DNA from: an uncultured virus (IMG/VR IMGVR_UViG_3300020451_000536)
Taxonomy: Duplodnaviria > Heunggongvirae > Uroviricota > Caudoviricetes
Reading direction: 5' to 3' (one strand)
IMG/VR virus record: IMGVR_UViG_3300020451_000536
Length of the DNA: 64,000 bases
The position numbers and the translations under genes were made by a program. Shown piece by piece: positions 18,933-27,452 of the stretch. The notes under the pieces were generated by a model, which did no database searches, had not been told where the DNA came from, and was given only the letters and a program-made list of their open reading frames with translations. The first letter of the stretch is position 1; each line of letters opens with the position of its first letter.

Positions 18933-19043
18933 TAACTTGTTATGAAATCAACTAGAGTCAACATAGTAAAAAGAACTATGACAAATAAATAAATCCAAAA
19001 CCAATGACTTCTCATTAATTTAGTCAAAATATTATTTTTCATT

Positions 19044-19490
19044 TTAACTTCCCATTGCTTTCCAAATGACATAAAATACCACCCAAAGTGAACATAATGC
19101 ACCTATACCTATCATAACCCACATAATCATTTCTTCTTGTTTTCTTTTTGCAAGTAATATTGCTTCTTTTCTTTTTTTTCTTATATCCGCTTGTATTCTT
19201 AAAACTTCGTTCCACGCATTAGGGCCATGACTCAAATTAACAAAAGTTCTGAGTTCTTGTTCCATTGCGGCGATTTTCTTTTTGTGTGCAAAGACTTCAA
19301 GTGCTTCTTCTTCAACACTCATACCAGATTTTTTTGCTTTTGCAGCTTCTTTGTTTACAGTTTCACAACTTGTCATCCACCTACCGATATCACCATACAT
19401 AGATTCCACATCTCGGCCGATTTCAAATCCTTTTTTGATTGCACTAAAGGCGGCTGTAGCCGCACCAAACGCTGTAATTGGGTCTACCAT
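19044..19490 (-). CDS. conserved phage membrane-anchored protein
   Basis: MVDPITA..AATAAF N-terminus, C-terminal TM; late promoter TATAAATA at 19513-19520; AGGAGAGG RBS. Confidence 0.7.
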   Translation of the reverse strand: MVDPITAFGAATAAFSAIKKGFEIGRDVESMYGDIGRWMTSCETVNKEAAKAKKSGMSVEEEALEVFAHKKKIAAMEQELRTFVNLSHGPNAWNEVLRIQADIRKKRKEAILLAKRKQEEMIMWVMIGIGALCSLWVVFYVIWKAMGS

Positions 19491-19535
19491 ATTTGCCTCT
19501 CCTACTCACTACTATTTATAAAAAACCGTGTGGAT

Positions 19536-19570
19536 AAAAAAAAGGGTGTCACAATAAAGTAACACCCTTT
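19536..19570 (-). terminator. rho-independent terminator after gp32
   Basis: AAAGGGTGTTAC-loop-GTGACACCCTTT stem followed by T-run on minus strand. Confidence 0.8.
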
Positions 19571-19593
19571 AAATAAGGAGAAACAAAGGAAGT

Positions 19594-20484
19594 TTAGGCT
19601 TCTTTTGCTAATTTCTGAAAGTAATCTAAACTATCATCACTCTCAGTAGAAGTCGTTTTGACAACATTGTCTACATAAGACTTGTCATCTCCGTCAACTT
19701 CTGTCTTAGGAAGTTCTACATCTTCGGCAGAACTTGTTGTTGATTGAGTTCCACTTAGAACATCGTCAAGACGATTTTTGAGTTCATCATAAGTCTTAAA
19801 GTTAGATGGTGCAGTAAACTCTTTTAAAGAGTATTCTGTCTTCCAAATCTTATCTAATTCGGAATCATCTTCGTTTAATTTTGATGGACTATCAAACTCT
19901 GACTTGTCGTAGTTCCAATATCCGTCAACCTTCCTAATTTTCAATTTAAAGTTTGCACCTTCCCAGAAATCAAATGGATTTACTGGAGTTTCATCTTCAA
20001 ACTGAGGTTGCAAAGCTTCCATCAACTTATCATAAATTTTCTTACCATATCTGAATAAGAAAACTTTACCTTCAGTTTCTGGGTGCTTTGGGTCAGACAC
20101 TACATATATGTTTGAGTAGTATTGTAGTTTTCTCTTTTGTTTTCTAGCGATTTCTTTATCACTTTCAACACCAGAGTTCCACAGTTTAGAATTATATTCT
20201 GAAACTGGGTCTTTTTGATTTAATGTAGTTAATGAGTTTTCAATGTACCACTTACCAGTTGGGCCTTGAAATGCATGATTCCAAAGTTTTGCCCAAGGCA
20301 TATCTTCACCATCTGGTGCAGGCAGAAAACGAATAACTGCATAACCATTACCAGACTTATCTAGTTCTGGTTTCCACAATCTCTCGTCTACATATGATTG
20401 TTTTTCTACTGGTGCATTTTCTGATTCAACTGCAGCCAGTATTTTGTCTAAAGAATTAGACTTTTTTAAAGTATCTAATGACAT
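19594..20484 (-). CDS. gp32: single-stranded DNA-binding protein gp32
   Basis: DERLWKP..DKSGNGYAVIRFLP, WYIENSLTTL, FDFWEGANFKLK, WNYDKSEF; acidic tail. Confidence 0.97.
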   Translation of the reverse strand: MSLDTLKKSNSLDKILAAVESENAPVEKQSYVDERLWKPELDKSGNGYAVIRFLPAPDGEDMPWAKLWNHAFQGPTGKWYIENSLTTLNQKDPVSEYNSKLWNSGVESDKEIARKQKRKLQYYSNIYVVSDPKHPETEGKVFLFRYGKKIYDKLMEALQPQFEDETPVNPFDFWEGANFKLKIRKVDGYWNYDKSEFDSPSKLNEDDSELDKIWKTEYSLKEFTAPSNFKTYDELKNRLDDVLSGTQSTTSSAEDVELPKTEVDGDDKSYVDNVVKTTSTESDDSLDYFQKLAKEA

Positions 20485-20546
20485 ATTATATCTCCGTATG
20501 TTATTATATGCTATTTTATCTTCACTTAATCATAATATAATGTTAT

Positions 20547-21461
20547 TTATACAACCACTCTACCCCACATATTTCCGTAGGTGATTGTTTTCACATTATC
20601 ATAGTCTGACCATTCTGGTATTTCAGAACCATCATCTATAACTCTGTAAAACTTTTTATCTGGATATTTCTTGAAATTATTTTCGTGTTGTTCTATCCAG
20701 TTCATAGGACTTACATATTTACAATCAGAAGTTATATAACAATCTGTATCTTTATAAACATTGTTAACTTTACCTTCTCTAGGCATATCAAATCCTAACA
20801 TATAGATGTTATCTGTATCTTTATTCTCTTCTATCGCAACTCTGACAGCAGTAGGGCCTGAACTCCAACCCATAAACTCACCATCAAAGAAACTATCTAA
20901 ATCTTGAACCTTATCATTTTCATCAACCCAAGTAATCCATAAACCAGCATTACCTAGTTTCTGTCTTACATCACCTTTCGGTAATCCTTTAAACTTTGTC
21001 AATATTTCTAATATTGCATCTTTAAATCTCTCTGGGTCTATTCCGTGACAAACTAATTGTGTTTTATTACCTTTTTCATTTTGATGTAGAAACTTATCTA
21101 CTGTGTCTAATTCTAGACTCTTTAGTTGTTCATTTAATTGTTCCATACTTGATTGTTCTAATCCAGTATATTGCAACATCTCAAAGAATTGTTCTGGTAA
21201 CAGTTTCCATTGTCTAAAATAACATTTGTTATCAGAACAATAACCAGATGAATATACCTCGTGCATCATAGCCCAATCAGTTGATATTAATCCATCTGGT
21301 TGGAAATCTCTATAAAGTGCATTACACCCATAAATCTTTCCCCATTGTCTAAATTGTTTTAGGTCATATCCATCTCTAGATTCACCATTACCAAGTACAA
21401 ATACATTTTTAGGTTTATTATTATCCACTACAAAATCCAATAAAGATAATTGTTGCATCAC
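20547..21461 (-). CDS. MptE/DUF115-like (GT29/Maf-type Rossmann) protein
   Basis: VLGNGESR, IYGCNALYRDF.PD, WSSGPTA, IYMLGFD motifs. Confidence 0.6.
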   Translation of the reverse strand: MMQQLSLLDFVVDNNKPKNVFVLGNGESRDGYDLKQFRQWGKIYGCNALYRDFQPDGLISTDWAMMHEVYSSGYCSDNKCYFRQWKLLPEQFFEMLQYTGLEQSSMEQLNEQLKSLELDTVDKFLHQNEKGNKTQLVCHGIDPERFKDAILEILTKFKGLPKGDVRQKLGNAGLWITWVDENDKVQDLDSFFDGEFMGWSSGPTAVRVAIEENKDTDNIYMLGFDMPREGKVNNVYKDTDCYITSDCKYVSPMNWIEQHENNFKKYPDKKFYRVIDDGSEIPEWSDYDNVKTITYGNMWGRVVV

Positions 21462-21775
21462 TCTGTATCAGATGGTTTATCAAAATCATCATTGTACATA
21501 GTCTTTTTTTTAAATGCACGAATATTATCAACCTCATCTATGTCTTCTAGTTCATCATCTAGGTCACCTAAATGGTCACTATCTTCTTCAATTCTAGGTT
21601 CTGTTATTGATACTGAAATGTTTTCATAACCACAACCCTTTAAAAAGTTACTAAACTTTTCTTCAAGTTGTCCTAAATCATTATCTTCCATAACAACTTC
21701 AACTTCTACTCTCTCCTCAGAATCAAAATCTTCTTTTATTTCATTTGTTTTTATAAATGTAAATCTCTGTTCCAC
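21458..21775 (-). CDS. acidic hypothetical protein
   Basis: FSNFLKGCGY motif seen in T4-like phage small proteins. Confidence 0.6.
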   Translation of the reverse strand: MEQRFTFIKTNEIKEDFDSEERVEVEVVMEDNDLGQLEEKFSNFLKGCGYENISVSITEPRIEEDSDHLGDLDDELEDIDEVDNIRAFKKKTMYNDDFDKPSDTE

Positions 21776-21777
21776 AT

Positions 21778-21984
21778 CTATCTCCTAAAGTTTCTTCTGT
21801 TTTTAACAAAAGCTTGTTTGTTCATATCTTTAAGTCTATCTCTAAGTCCGTCATTATCTTTTTTTAAATATGCACAGTCTGTTGTTAGACTTTTTATTTT
21901 CTTTTCCATACCTTCAAATTTAGAACGATAAAAATCTCTTTCTCTTACTAAAGATTCGTTAGATTGTTTTTGTTCCATTTTCAC
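21778..21984 (-). CDS. coiled-coil hypothetical protein
   Basis: short heptad pattern; GGAG RBS. Confidence 0.55.
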   Translation of the reverse strand: MKMEQKQSNESLVRERDFYRSKFEGMEKKIKSLTTDCAYLKKDNDGLRDRLKDMNKQAFVKNRRNFRR

Positions 21985-21996
21985 TCCAAGTTAAGA

Positions 21997-22944
21997 TTAA
22001 TATTGTATGTGTTGTAGTTGTTTTGATACATTTCGTACATAGTCATCTCTGACCATATCACCCTCGTGTATAAACATATCACAAGAACAATATGCACAAT
22101 TTTTACCTTGTAATAAGAAATTCAAAACTGTATGTTTAAAGTTCTTCATATCCTCATCAAAAGGTTTTAATGGTAAAGTATCAATACCATTATTCTCTAA
22201 AATCAATATGGAATTAGTAATAAAAGAAGATTGATTCTTATGTTCTAATTTCATATGTTTAAGAAACTCAAAATATTTTTGTACATTAACATTGTATAAA
22301 CTGTATAAAACAGAATACACAGTTCCTAATTGATGGTGCAATTCATCTGACTCAAATAGGTCAGCCACATCTGACACCAGACCCTCTGGTGTTATATCAT
22401 TGATTGCACCTTTATCCCATAAAAAATTCCAATCACTTCTTAACATATATTCTATAAGACTTTTTAAATTTCTGGGGTCACCACCATCTTGTATATAACT
22501 TCTTCTTTCACACTCGTAATCCATTTTAAAATAATACTGTTTGTTTACTATATCATAATTAATTACTTCTATAACATTTACAGATGATTTTTTAAAACAT
22601 CTAGCATTACCAGTGATTGTTTTTTCTTTAACACTACAAGCACCAATAAAGTCTGGAAAAAAAGGTTGATATCTTTCTTGAAATATTCCTACTTTATTTT
22701 TCCAACTTTTTCTACTTACAGAATATCCTAGATAAAATATATTTGTATCTTGAATTGTATCAAACTCGGTATCGTCTGTAATATCTTTTTCTAGTAATTG
22801 GTGATGAGTGTATGGTATACCTAAACCTTTATAATAATGTTCTTTACCTTTCCAAACTCTACCACCACAATGAGTTAAATCATCGTCAATTTCTAATCTA
22901 TTTACTTCTTTACCTTCTTTATCGTATATTGATGTTATATGCAT
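21997..22944 (-). CDS. hypothetical protein
   Basis: 315-aa ORF coupled to gp59 stop; C-terminal CAYCSC. Confidence 0.7.
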   Translation of the reverse strand: MHITSIYDKEGKEVNRLEIDDDLTHCGGRVWKGKEHYYKGLGIPYTHHQLLEKDITDDTEFDTIQDTNIFYLGYSVSRKSWKNKVGIFQERYQPFFPDFIGACSVKEKTITGNARCFKKSSVNVIEVINYDIVNKQYYFKMDYECERRSYIQDGGDPRNLKSLIEYMLRSDWNFLWDKGAINDITPEGLVSDVADLFESDELHHQLGTVYSVLYSLYNVNVQKYFEFLKHMKLEHKNQSSFITNSILILENNGIDTLPLKPFDEDMKNFKHTVLNFLLQGKNCAYCSCDMFIHEGDMVRDDYVRNVSKQLQHIQY

Positions 22945-23537
22945 TACTTTTTATTTTTTGTTAAATTAAGAACTTTCATTTTATACTCTGTTTCATTAAT
23001 TGTCAATAGTGAATTGTAATTATTTAATTTGTTTTTATGATTAGGCCATATGATATTTTCATTTATTTGTTTATCCCAATCTTTTTGATAGTTTACTAAC
23101 TTGTTTAATATAATCATTGTTTCTATATTAATTCTTTGTGATAAATAATTTCTAAACAATATTGGGTGTTGTCCATTTTCAACAGTAAATAATTTATTAA
23201 AATCTGTAACTTGATTTAACAACAAGTTCATATCTTGTTCAAACATATATTTTAATGATTGATGTCTTTTTTTCCAATCTGTAAAGTTTCTATCATTGAA
23301 CTCACCAATATAACCTTTTTCATTTTTCAAAAAATTAGATACAAAAAAGTCTTGTGTATCATCTCCATACTTTCTTGCAACTTTACCAAAAAAATGTTTG
23401 TCTTTTCTTTTTAAATAACTTGATTTACTAGCTCTAGTTTTACCACCGTACTTTGTGAAATCGTAGTCTGAGTTAAAATGTGCTTTCAAACCCATATAAA
23501 TTTTAAATGCATTAAAGGCGTCCATAATATGAATCAT
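22944..23537 (-). CDS. gp59: helicase loader gp59
   Basis: YMGLKAHFNS.YDF.KYGGK, RKDKHFF, FFVSNF, ETMIIL motifs; between gp33 and gp32. Confidence 0.88.
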   Translation of the reverse strand: MIHIMDAFNAFKIYMGLKAHFNSDYDFTKYGGKTRASKSSYLKRKDKHFFGKVARKYGDDTQDFFVSNFLKNEKGYIGEFNDRNFTDWKKRHQSLKYMFEQDMNLLLNQVTDFNKLFTVENGQHPILFRNYLSQRINIETMIILNKLVNYQKDWDKQINENIIWPNHKNKLNNYNSLLTINETEYKMKVLNLTKNKK

Positions 23538-23743
23538 ACTGGTAGTTTACCCATTTTAGGTAAAAAGTTTAAATCTCTTGCGTTTGCTTCTATTTTATCT
23601 TTAAGTGGTTTCTGGATTAAACCAGTGATTGAATCTGGTTCTATTTCATTCTTGATACAATATTCTAATATCGCATCCATATGTGTGATATTTTTCTCTC
23701 TGACTTGAGATTCTATGTATATTGAAAATGTTTTTGGTGTCAT
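23534..23743 (-). CDS. gp33: late transcription coactivator gp33
   Basis: FSIYIE..V, HMDAILEYC..NEIE, PLKDKIEANARDLNFL; start taken at MTPK. Confidence 0.9.
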   Translation of the reverse strand: MTPKTFSIYIESQVREKNITHMDAILEYCIKNEIEPDSITGLIQKPLKDKIEANARDLNFLPKMGKLPV

Positions 23744-23762
23744 TATATATTCACAATCTAAT

Positions 23763-23808
23763 AAAAAAAGGGTGGGTTCAAACCTTGAAGGTATTATACC
23801 CCACCCCT
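23763..23808 (-). terminator. rho-independent terminator after pqqA
   Basis: GGGTGGG...CCCACCC stem followed by 7 T on minus strand. Confidence 0.7.
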
Positions 23809-23820
23809 TATTCAATGAAA

Positions 23821-23898
23821 TTACTTCTCAGCGCAAGCGTAAGAATTAATTTCTAGTCCTACTGAAATTTCAGTAATAGTTGGTTTTGACCAAGCCAT
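23821..23898 (-). CDS. pqqA: PQQ precursor peptide PqqA (25 aa, not in ORF track)
   Basis: MAWSKPTITEISVGLEINSYACAEK: W-x2-P...G-x-E-x3-Y signature; AGGAG RBS; downstream terminator. Confidence 0.88.
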   Translation of the reverse strand: MAWSKPTITEISVGLEINSYACAEK

Positions 23899-23963
23899 AG
23901 TTATTCTCCTAACTAGTATGGAGTGCTGGTTGCCTTGGGCCGCAGACCACTCATTATTATTAT

Positions 23964-24210
23964 GGTGAGTATTCTGTTACTAGGAACTCACCGAACCCTA
24001 TCCGATTAAGCTGCGAGAGCGAAATCTTGAGATGCAAAATTGTCGTTTGCATTTATTGTGTTTGACCTATAAGGAAGTCAACCCATACTCTCCAATAACT
24101 CTTAAATACCTGTCAACCCTATTTCACCCCCTCATTAGGGGTTTTGGTGGAGGTGGAGGGTACTGCCCCCTCGTCCAGTCTATCTCCAAATTATTTTCAT
24201 CAAGTATCTC
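23964..24210 (-). ncRNA. ssrA: circularly permuted two-piece tmRNA (alphaproteobacterial type)
   Basis: acceptor piece ending GAGGGGGCAGTACCCTCCACCTCCACCA (CCA end at 24145), 13-nt intervening segment, coding piece starting GGGGGTG at 24131 (G3-U wobble), tag ANDNFASQDFALAA* at 24050-24006; 5' boundary approximate. Confidence 0.93.
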
Positions 24211-24256
24211 TATATGTATAATTTATATTTCTGTAAGTTATATGAACAAAATTATA

Positions 24257-24943
24257 TTATACTCCAGTCTTTACAGTATTATAATATATATTTAACTCTT
24301 TGTCAAGTAGATGTAAATATTGATGTTTCTTTTTTTTAAACTCTTGTACTGTGCCATCTTCTGTAACCACTAATATAACTATCTGTTCTATCTCTTGTAA
24401 TGTTCTTTCTTGATACATCTCTGCATATGCAGAGGCCTGTATGTAATAGTTTTCGTTCCAATCATCTTTTCGTTCTTTTGTACTTGTTTTAAAATCAATG
24501 ACAGATAGAACTCCGTCCCATTCTGCAATACAATCTACTCTACCAGCGATTTTATAATAATCGTGCCATAGTGTTTGTTCTTGACAATGCACTAATCCAA
24601 TAGATTCATCTAAATATGGTTTTAGTTGTGAGAACATACAATACGATAGAAACCTACCTTTTTTATATTCATTCCAATCTTTGTTCTCATAACCATTGTC
24701 TAAATACTTTTCACAATAATGGTGTACTTGAGTTCCTCTGGTTGCAGATTTTCTTGCAACATAATTTGCAACATCATCACCAACTCTTTTTCTCCATTCG
24801 TGTAAACCTTCTTTACCTCTATTATTTAAAACAGTGGTAATAGATGGATAAAACTTACCCTCTGGTGTTTCATATAATCTTATACCATCATTTGTTTTTG
24901 CACTTATTTCTGGTATATTTAAATCAAGTTTATGTTTGAACAT
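24257..24943 (-). CDS. PD-(D/E)XK exonuclease (T4-like exonuclease A)
   Basis: YPSITTVL, RGT.VH, AGRVDCIAE, IDFKTS, YYIQASAYA motifs. Confidence 0.9.
   Translation of the reverse strand: MFKHKLDLNIPEISAKTNDGIRLYETPEGKFYPSITTVLNNRGKEGLHEWRKRVGDDVANYVARKSATRGTQVHHYCEKYLDNGYENKDWNEYKKGRFLSYCMFSQLKPYLDESIGLVHCQEQTLWHDYYKIAGRVDCIAEWDGVLSVIDFKTSTKERKDDWNENYYIQASAYAEMYQERTLQEIEQIVILVVTEDGTVQEFKKKKHQYLHLLDKELNIYYNTVKTGV
24278..24306 (-). promoter_or_regulatory. sigma70 promoter for ssrA-pqqA, inside 3' end of exonuclease gene
   Basis: exact TTGACA-17-TATAAT. Confidence 0.75.
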
Positions 24944-25946
24944 TTAATAATATATCCTTAAATTGTTTATAACAGTTTTCCCAAGTCCATTTTTTAGACA
25001 TTGTGAATACTTTTTTTCTATCTAAATGCAAACAACCTCGTATTGCACTTTCCAAGTTATCTTCCATATAACCATTATATCCGTGTTTAATAATATCAAT
25101 AGGGCCGATAACTGGATAAGATGCAACTGGTGTACCACACGCCATAGCCTCAATTTGCACCACACCAAATGTATCAACTTTACTTGGAAATACAAACACA
25201 TCAGCATTTTGATAATATTTTGCTAACTCTTGACCAACTTTTTTACCTACAAATTTAACATCTGGATATTTTTTTTTAAGTGTTTTTAAATATGGCCCAT
25301 CACCTACTAATATTTTTATTGATTCTGGATATTCTAAACCACAAAAATCATCTAATCCCTTTTCGTGTGAAACTCTACTGACACACAATAATATATTTTT
25401 ACTTGTCTTTTTATATTTTTTACTAGGTTTAAATATATTTCTATCTACACCTCTTGACCAAGCTTTTATATCTTGTGTAAACCCTTTTTCTTTTAACATC
25501 TTAACCATAGATTTGGTTGTAGTTAAAATAGTGGTAGAACCCTCATAGACTTTATGCATATATTTCCAACCAATATTAGATTTAATTATTGGTATTCTTT
25601 TTTCAACAAACTCTGGAAACAATGTATGTAAACTCGTAGAAAAGGGTATGTTTAATCTCTTACAAGTTCTAACAAAGTTTAAACCAATAGGTGCCTCAGG
25701 CGTTGCTATGTGAATGTGTTCCCATTTTTGTTTTTTAAGTAACTTTCTGATACCACAAGGAAAAGGAACTCCAATAGTTATTTCTTTATAAAGTGGTAAT
25801 GGAAATCTAATCTTACATCTGCCTGGATGGTAAACATGAATAGTATCACCTTGTTTTTTTGCTTGGTCAACAAGGTTTACAAGTGTAGTAACAACACCAT
25901 TAACTTGTGGTTTCCAAGCATCAGTTACTAATAATATTTTAGACAT
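24930..25946 (-). CDS. agt: GT4 glycosyltransferase, Agt-like glycolipid synthase
   Basis: VTDAW.PQVNGVV.TL, HIATPE, HT.FPEF, WSRGVD, RVSHEK, FPSKVDTFGVVQIEAMACGTPV; coupled to plcP-like gene. Confidence 0.8.
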   Translation of the reverse strand: MSKILLVTDAWKPQVNGVVTTLVNLVDQAKKQGDTIHVYHPGRCKIRFPLPLYKEITIGVPFPCGIRKLLKKQKWEHIHIATPEAPIGLNFVRTCKRLNIPFSTSLHTLFPEFVEKRIPIIKSNIGWKYMHKVYEGSTTILTTTKSMVKMLKEKGFTQDIKAWSRGVDRNIFKPSKKYKKTSKNILLCVSRVSHEKGLDDFCGLEYPESIKILVGDGPYLKTLKKKYPDVKFVGKKVGQELAKYYQNADVFVFPSKVDTFGVVQIEAMACGTPVASYPVIGPIDIIKHGYNGYMEDNLESAIRGCLHLDRKKVFTMSKKWTWENCYKQFKDILLNVQT

Positions 25947-26670
25947 AATTTATAATCTTAAATGTTCCGTTTTTCTCTTCAACTAATGCTGAACAACTTT
26001 CTACCCAGTCTCCACAGTTCATATAGTCAATTCCATTAATTTTTTTGATAGCTGGTGTATGAATGTGTCCACATATTACACCATCATATTGTTTTTCTTT
26101 ACAATAATTTGATATGAGTTCTTCAAATTTTAAAATAAAATTAAGTGCTTCTTTAGTTTTAGACTTTAAAAACTTACTTAAAGACCATTGTTTTAGTCCA
26201 AATAAATTTCTTAATCTGTTAAGATTTAAGTTTAACATTATTAACCAAGCATATAATTTATCACCAAAAAACATTAACCATTTAAAGTTTTTATTCATCA
26301 ATCTATCAAACAAATCGCCGTGAATTATAAGGTATCTTTTTCCATTTATTGCGTGGTAATCCGTTTTGTTTAATATTCTAACTTTTCCAAAACTTATTTC
26401 AAATCTTAAAAACTTTCTCAAATATTCATCGTGATTTCCAATAATATAATAAACTCTTGTTCCGTGTTTTGCTTTACCTAATATTCTTCTAATAACATTA
26501 GCGTGACTTGATGGCATATACCATCTATTTTTCAAACGCCACCCATCAATGATATCTCCTACAAGATATAAATTTTCACAATTATTTTTTTTAAGAAAAT
26601 CATTTAGTTGTTTTGCTTGACAACCTCTAGTACCTAAATGAACATCACTTATAAAAATAGATTTATACAT
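25939..26670 (-). CDS. plcP: Mn-dependent metallophosphoesterase, PlcP-like phospholipase C (LpxH2 family)
   Basis: ISDVHLGTRGCQA, VGDIIDGW, GNHD, HGD, CGHIH, NCGDWVES motifs. Confidence 0.8.
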   Translation of the reverse strand: MYKSIFISDVHLGTRGCQAKQLNDFLKKNNCENLYLVGDIIDGWRLKNRWYMPSSHANVIRRILGKAKHGTRVYYIIGNHDEYLRKFLRFEISFGKVRILNKTDYHAINGKRYLIIHGDLFDRLMNKNFKWLMFFGDKLYAWLIMLNLNLNRLRNLFGLKQWSLSKFLKSKTKEALNFILKFEELISNYCKEKQYDGVICGHIHTPAIKKINGIDYMNCGDWVESCSALVEEKNGTFKIINYV

Positions 26671-27130
26671 TTAATCCTTTTGTATATACAGTTTTACCAT
26701 TTATTCTTGATGCTGTCAATACCGATTTCCTATTTCCTTCTTTTTTATATGATACATGAGTCCACCCAGAGTTAGGGTCGCCTGGTGTATAGAACTCTAA
26801 AATTAACTGGTCAAAATCTAAATTATCGTGAATAAATCTTGATACTTCTTCAGTTGATGCATGAACACATTCTATATCAACTGCTTCACCTTTACAATGT
26901 TGTGATTTTGATGAACCACCAATCTTTGCATTTAGTTCTGGACTTCTATATCCAGATGTAATAATTGTTACACCAAACTTTTCTCTAACTGGTTGCACAA
27001 CATTTTCAAATAATCTTTCTGCATTTGTTCTGTGTTCTGAACTCATTTCATTATCTATTCCATGTCGTGTTGCAGTTTGTGATTTAACATATTCTGCAAC
27101 TGTAAAATTTGCACTTAATTTTTCACTCAT
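26663..27130 (-). CDS. peptidase M15 (D-Ala-D-Ala peptidase / endolysin-like)
   Basis: SGYRS..LN..IGGS..SQH..GEAVD, FDQLILE, WTHVS motifs. Confidence 0.9.
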   Translation of the reverse strand: MSEKLSANFTVAEYVKSQTATRHGIDNEMSSEHRTNAERLFENVVQPVREKFGVTIITSGYRSPELNAKIGGSSKSQHCKGEAVDIECVHASTEEVSRFIHDNLDFDQLILEFYTPGDPNSGWTHVSYKKEGNRKSVLTASRINGKTVYTKGLNV

Positions 27131-27233
27131 TAAAATTCCTTTTTAATTTGACATTGACAATCTTCATCCCAACCAAATTGAATATTTGAACAACTTGACA
27201 AAAGAAGTGTTGTAATAATAAAAAATATTTTCA

Positions 27234-27446
27234 TTATATACAACTTCCCTCTGGATATGCACCATTTTCCTCTGGTGATTTTCCGTGTTTCAAATAATAA
27301 TCTCTTGCCTTACGAATATTCGCACCGTGATGATTTGACATTCCACACCATTTTTTAATGTAGTCGTTTTCTGGGTCAAGTCTTAATACTTCTTTCACTA
27401 ATGTTTCTTGTATTCTCCAATCCCAAGCTTGTTTTGTACTTTGCAT
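27234..27446 (-). CDS. hypothetical protein
   Basis: ORF on coding strand after phoH. Confidence 0.55.
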   Translation of the reverse strand: MQSTKQAWDWRIQETLVKEVLRLDPENDYIKKWCGMSNHHGANIRKARDYYLKHGKSPEENGAYPEGSCI

Positions 27447-27452
27447 AATATA

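Noticed and set aside
23744..23815. N-terminal extension of gp33 in the ORF track
   Set aside because: Runs through the pqqA terminator; gp33 homology begins at MTPK.
24127..24180. tRNA-Ala gene
   Set aside because: Has acceptor stem and T-arm but no anticodon arm; 3' half precedes 5' half, so it is the permuted tmRNA. No standard tRNA was recognised in the window.
24032..24295. 87-aa plus-strand ORF
   Set aside because: Antisense to the tmRNA; GGGGG run is a by-product of the acceptor stem.
24257..24943. Cas4/CRISPR system
   Set aside because: Standard T4-like exonuclease without the Cas4 Cys cluster; no repeat-spacer array seen.
25939..26670. Lipid A enzyme LpxH
   Set aside because: GNHD motif and coupling to an Agt-like GT4 fit PlcP better; not excluded without phylogeny.
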